48,191 nt of DNA from Actinomycetota bacterium (lineage in GTDB: Bacteria > Actinomycetota > UBA4738 > HRBIN12). The notes beneath the pieces are model-generated. The model made no database searches and was not told the DNA's origin. It was given only the letters and a program-made list of their open reading frames with translations. Made by a program: the position numbers and the translations under genes. Each line of letters opens with the position of its first letter. The stretch's first letter is position 1. Below, piece after piece: positions 46,124-48,191 of the stretch. The stretch covers positions 1-48,191 of the forward strand of contig JBKPDU010000020.1 in NCBI GenBank assembly GCA_046728055.1. Reading direction: 5' to 3'.

Positions 46124-47022
46124 CCGAGGGGGCGAAGCTCCGCACCAGGGGCAAGGTCCGCGACATCTTCGACGCGGGCGACGGCCGACTGCTGCTCGTG
46201 GCCACGGACCGGATCTCGGCTTTCGACGTGGTTCTTCCGAACCCCATTCCCGACAAGGGACGGGTGCTGTGTGGGCTCTCGCTGTTCTGGTTCGGAAAGA
46301 CGGTCGATATCGTGGGCAATCACCTGGTGAGCGCCGACCGGCAGGACTTCCCGGACCCGTTCCGAGACGAACCGTCCCTCGCCGGCAGGTCCATCCTGAT
46401 CCGCAGGGCGGAGGTGGTGCCGGTCGAGTGCGTGGTCAGGGGGTACCTGACCGGGTCGGGACTCAAGCAGTACCTGGCGGAGGGCCACGTGTGCGGGGTG
46501 CCCCTGCCGCCGGGCCTGGGTGAAGCCGATCGACTGCCCGAACCGATCTTCACGCCCACGACGAAGGCGGCGGAAGGGCACGACCTGCCGCTCACGTTCG
46601 CGGAGACCGCGGACCTCGTGGGCCGGGGGCTGGCCGAGCGCCTCCGCGAACTCACGGTCGGCCTGTACGAGCGAGGGGTGGAGATCGCACGAGCGCGCGG
46701 CATCATCGTGGCCGACACGAAGTTCGAGTTCGGGTTCGCCGATGGCGAGCTGATCCTGGTCGACGAGGTGCTCACCCCCGACTCCTCTCGCTTCTGGCCG
46801 GCCGATGGCTACGCGCCGGGCTCGCCCCAACCATCGTTCGACAAGCAGTTCGTGCGGGACTGGCTCGATGCGAGCGGGTGGGATCGAGAGCCGCCGCCCC
46901 CGGACCTTCCGATCGGCGTGGTCGAGCGGACCGCCGACACCTATCGCGAGGCCTACGAGCGGATCACCGGCGACCGGTTCGACTGGTACCGTCAGCGCAT
47001 GGGAGTGCCGGACCGGGCATGA
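46120..47022 (+). CDS. purC: Phosphoribosylaminoimidazole-succinocarboxamide synthase
   Basis: 'GKVRDIFD...LLLVATDRISAFDVVL', 'IIVADTKFEFG', 'LVDEVLTPDSSRFW'. The GTG at 46120 forms a GTGA overlap with purB. Confidence 0.93.
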   Translation: MTEGAKLRTRGKVRDIFDAGDGRLLLVATDRISAFDVVLPNPIPDKGRVLCGLSLFWFGKTVDIVGNHLVSADRQDFPDPFRDEPSLAGRSILIRRAEVVPVECVVRGYLTGSGLKQYLAEGHVCGVPLPPGLGEADRLPEPIFTPTTKAAEGHDLPLTFAETADLVGRGLAERLRELTVGLYERGVEIARARGIIVADTKFEFGFADGELILVDEVLTPDSSRFWPADGYAPGSPQPSFDKQFVRDWLDASGWDREPPPPDLPIGVVERTADTYREAYERITGDRFDWYRQRMGVPDRA

Positions 47023-47294
47023 GGTACCAGTTCCAGGTCGTCGTGTCGCTGAAGCCGGGGCTCCTCGATCCCCAGGGCAAGGCCATCGAGTCTTCACTTC
47101 CCGCAATGGGCTGGGCCAACACCTCGAACGTGCGGGTCGGCAAGTACGTGGAGCTCGTAGTTGACGCGGAGACCGAAGCGGCGGCCGTCTCGCAGGTGGA
47201 CGAGATGGCCCGGCGCCTGCTTTCGAACCCGGTGATCGAGAGCTATCGCATCCTTGGGTCTGCTCGAGCTCCTCGGTTCCAGGACGCTCCGTGA
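47019..47294 (+). CDS. purS: Phosphoribosylformylglycinamidine synthase subunit PurS
   Basis: 'VVSLKPGLLDPQGKAIESSL', 'VRVGKYVEL', 'LLSNPVIESY'. ATGA overlap with purC. Confidence 0.88.
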   Translation: MRYQFQVVVSLKPGLLDPQGKAIESSLPAMGWANTSNVRVGKYVELVVDAETEAAAVSQVDEMARRLLSNPVIESYRILGSARAPRFQDAP

Positions 47295-48001
47295 GCGCTT
47301 ACAGGCCCAGGGTCGGGGTGGTGACGTTTCCCGGCTCACTGGACGATCGAGACGCGTGCCGCGCCGTCGCGCTCATGGGTGGAGAAGGCGTGCCCCTGTG
47401 GCACGCCGATCGCGACCTTCGTGGAGTGGATGCCGTCATCCTCCCGGGCGGATTCTCCTATGGCGACTACCTGCGGACCGGGGCGCTCGCCCGGTTCGCT
47501 CCGATCATGGCCGAGGTCCGGGCCTTCGCCGACCGTGGCGGACCGGTGGTCGGCATCTGCAACGGCTTCCAGATCTTGTGCGAGGCCGGACTCTTGTCGG
47601 GGGCCCTGATCCGAAACCGCCAGCTCCGGTTCGTGTGCCGTTGGGTGAACGTGCGAGTGGAGACCTCGCTTTCCCCGCTGACCGAGGGGCTGATCCCCGG
47701 CGAGGTGCTTCGGGTCCCCGTGAAGCACGGGGAGGGACAGTTCACAGCTGGACCCTACGACCTCGCCCAGATCGAGGATCAGGCGCTGGTCACCTTCCGG
47801 TACTGCGGTCCGGACGGCGAACTCGACGACGAGCACAACGTGAACGGGAGTGCGGACTCGATCGCGGGGATCAGAAACCCTCAGGGGAACGTGCTCGGAC
47901 TCATGCCTCACCCCGAGCACGCCGTCGATCCCGACGTCGGGCCCACGGGGGGCCAACCCATCTTCGCCTCACTCCTCGCCTACGCTCTCGCCAGGGTGTG
48001 A
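47291..48001 (+). CDS. purQ: Phosphoribosylformylglycinamidine synthase subunit PurQ (glutaminase)
   Basis: '[14 protein letters not shown]', catalytic 'GICNGFQIL', 'MPHPEH'. GTGA overlap with purS. Confidence 0.93.
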   Translation: MSAYRPRVGVVTFPGSLDDRDACRAVALMGGEGVPLWHADRDLRGVDAVILPGGFSYGDYLRTGALARFAPIMAEVRAFADRGGPVVGICNGFQILCEAGLLSGALIRNRQLRFVCRWVNVRVETSLSPLTEGLIPGEVLRVPVKHGEGQFTAGPYDLAQIEDQALVTFRYCGPDGELDDEHNVNGSADSIAGIRNPQGNVLGLMPHPEHAVDPDVGPTGGQPIFASLLAYALARV

Positions 48002-48002
48002 G

Positions 48003-48191
48003 GTGAAGGTCGACCAGCCTCTCCACCAGTTCCTGGGGCTGACCGATGAAGAGCTCGACCGGATCCAGGCCACGCTCGGTCGCGACCCCAACCGAACCGA
48101 ACTGGCGATGTACGCGGTCATGTGGTCTGAGCACTGCTCGTACAAGTCGAGCAAGGTCCACCTTCGCACCCTGCCCACGGATGGACCGCAG
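48003..48191 (+). CDS. purL: Phosphoribosylformylglycinamidine synthase subunit PurL, 5' fragment (runs off the window)
   Basis: My own translation from the GTG at 48003: '[58 protein letters not shown]'. '[11 protein letters not shown]' is the conserved PurL N-terminal motif. Not in the ORF table because there is no stop in the window. Confidence 0.85.
   Translation, partial: MKVDQPLHQFLGLTDEELDRIQATLGRDPNRTELAMYAVMWSEHCSYKSSKVHLRTLPTDGPQ

Overview
This is a very GC-rich, densely coding chromosomal segment. Its gene content and order look like the origin-proximal core of an Actinomycetota genome, for example the ponA / DUF5318 / GT87 / rpsF-ssb-rpsR-rplI-dnaB block and the dnaK-grpE-dnaJ-hspR operon. 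I could not compute GC content or run any search, so every call rests on reading motifs in the supplied translations and in the DNA. From 5' to 3' the window holds: (1) an actinobacterial Tad/Flp-type pilus locus (cpaE-like, cpaF, tadB, tadC, flp-like pilin, two TadE-like genes). (2) A DUF5318 gene and a class A PBP. (3) A long minus-strand gene string: panB, HK, RR, a GT87 mannosyltransferase, a PIG-V-like mannosyltransferase, RR, multi-TM HK. (4) rpsF-ssb-rpsR-rplI-dnaB. (5) An endonuclease III-like gene, tRNA-Gly(CCC), trpD and dcd. (6) A cytoplasmic HK, a LuxR-type RR and a 1063-aa HEAT-repeat protein. (7) A membrane Fe-S/CCG oxidoreductase divergent from dnaK-grpE-dnaJ-hspR-clpB. (8) A DUF3137-like / PspC / LiaF-like / small TM / LemA envelope cluster. 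(9) MFS, MBL hydrolase, DUF2090 and dodecin genes. (10) purA-purD-purE-like-purB-purC-purS-purQ-purL(partial). I found no mobile elements, CRISPR arrays or recognisable defence genes, so this is mostly ordinary core genome and I cannot point to a clear novel system. The observations most worth a second look are a same-strand DnaA-box cluster upstream of dnaB, a PurE-like protein with all three active-site motifs altered, the HK/RR/giant HEAT-repeat operon with 24-nt phased coding repeats, the envelope-stress-like cluster downstream of clpB, and a 12-nt tandem repeat array in the panB/rpsF divergent spacer.
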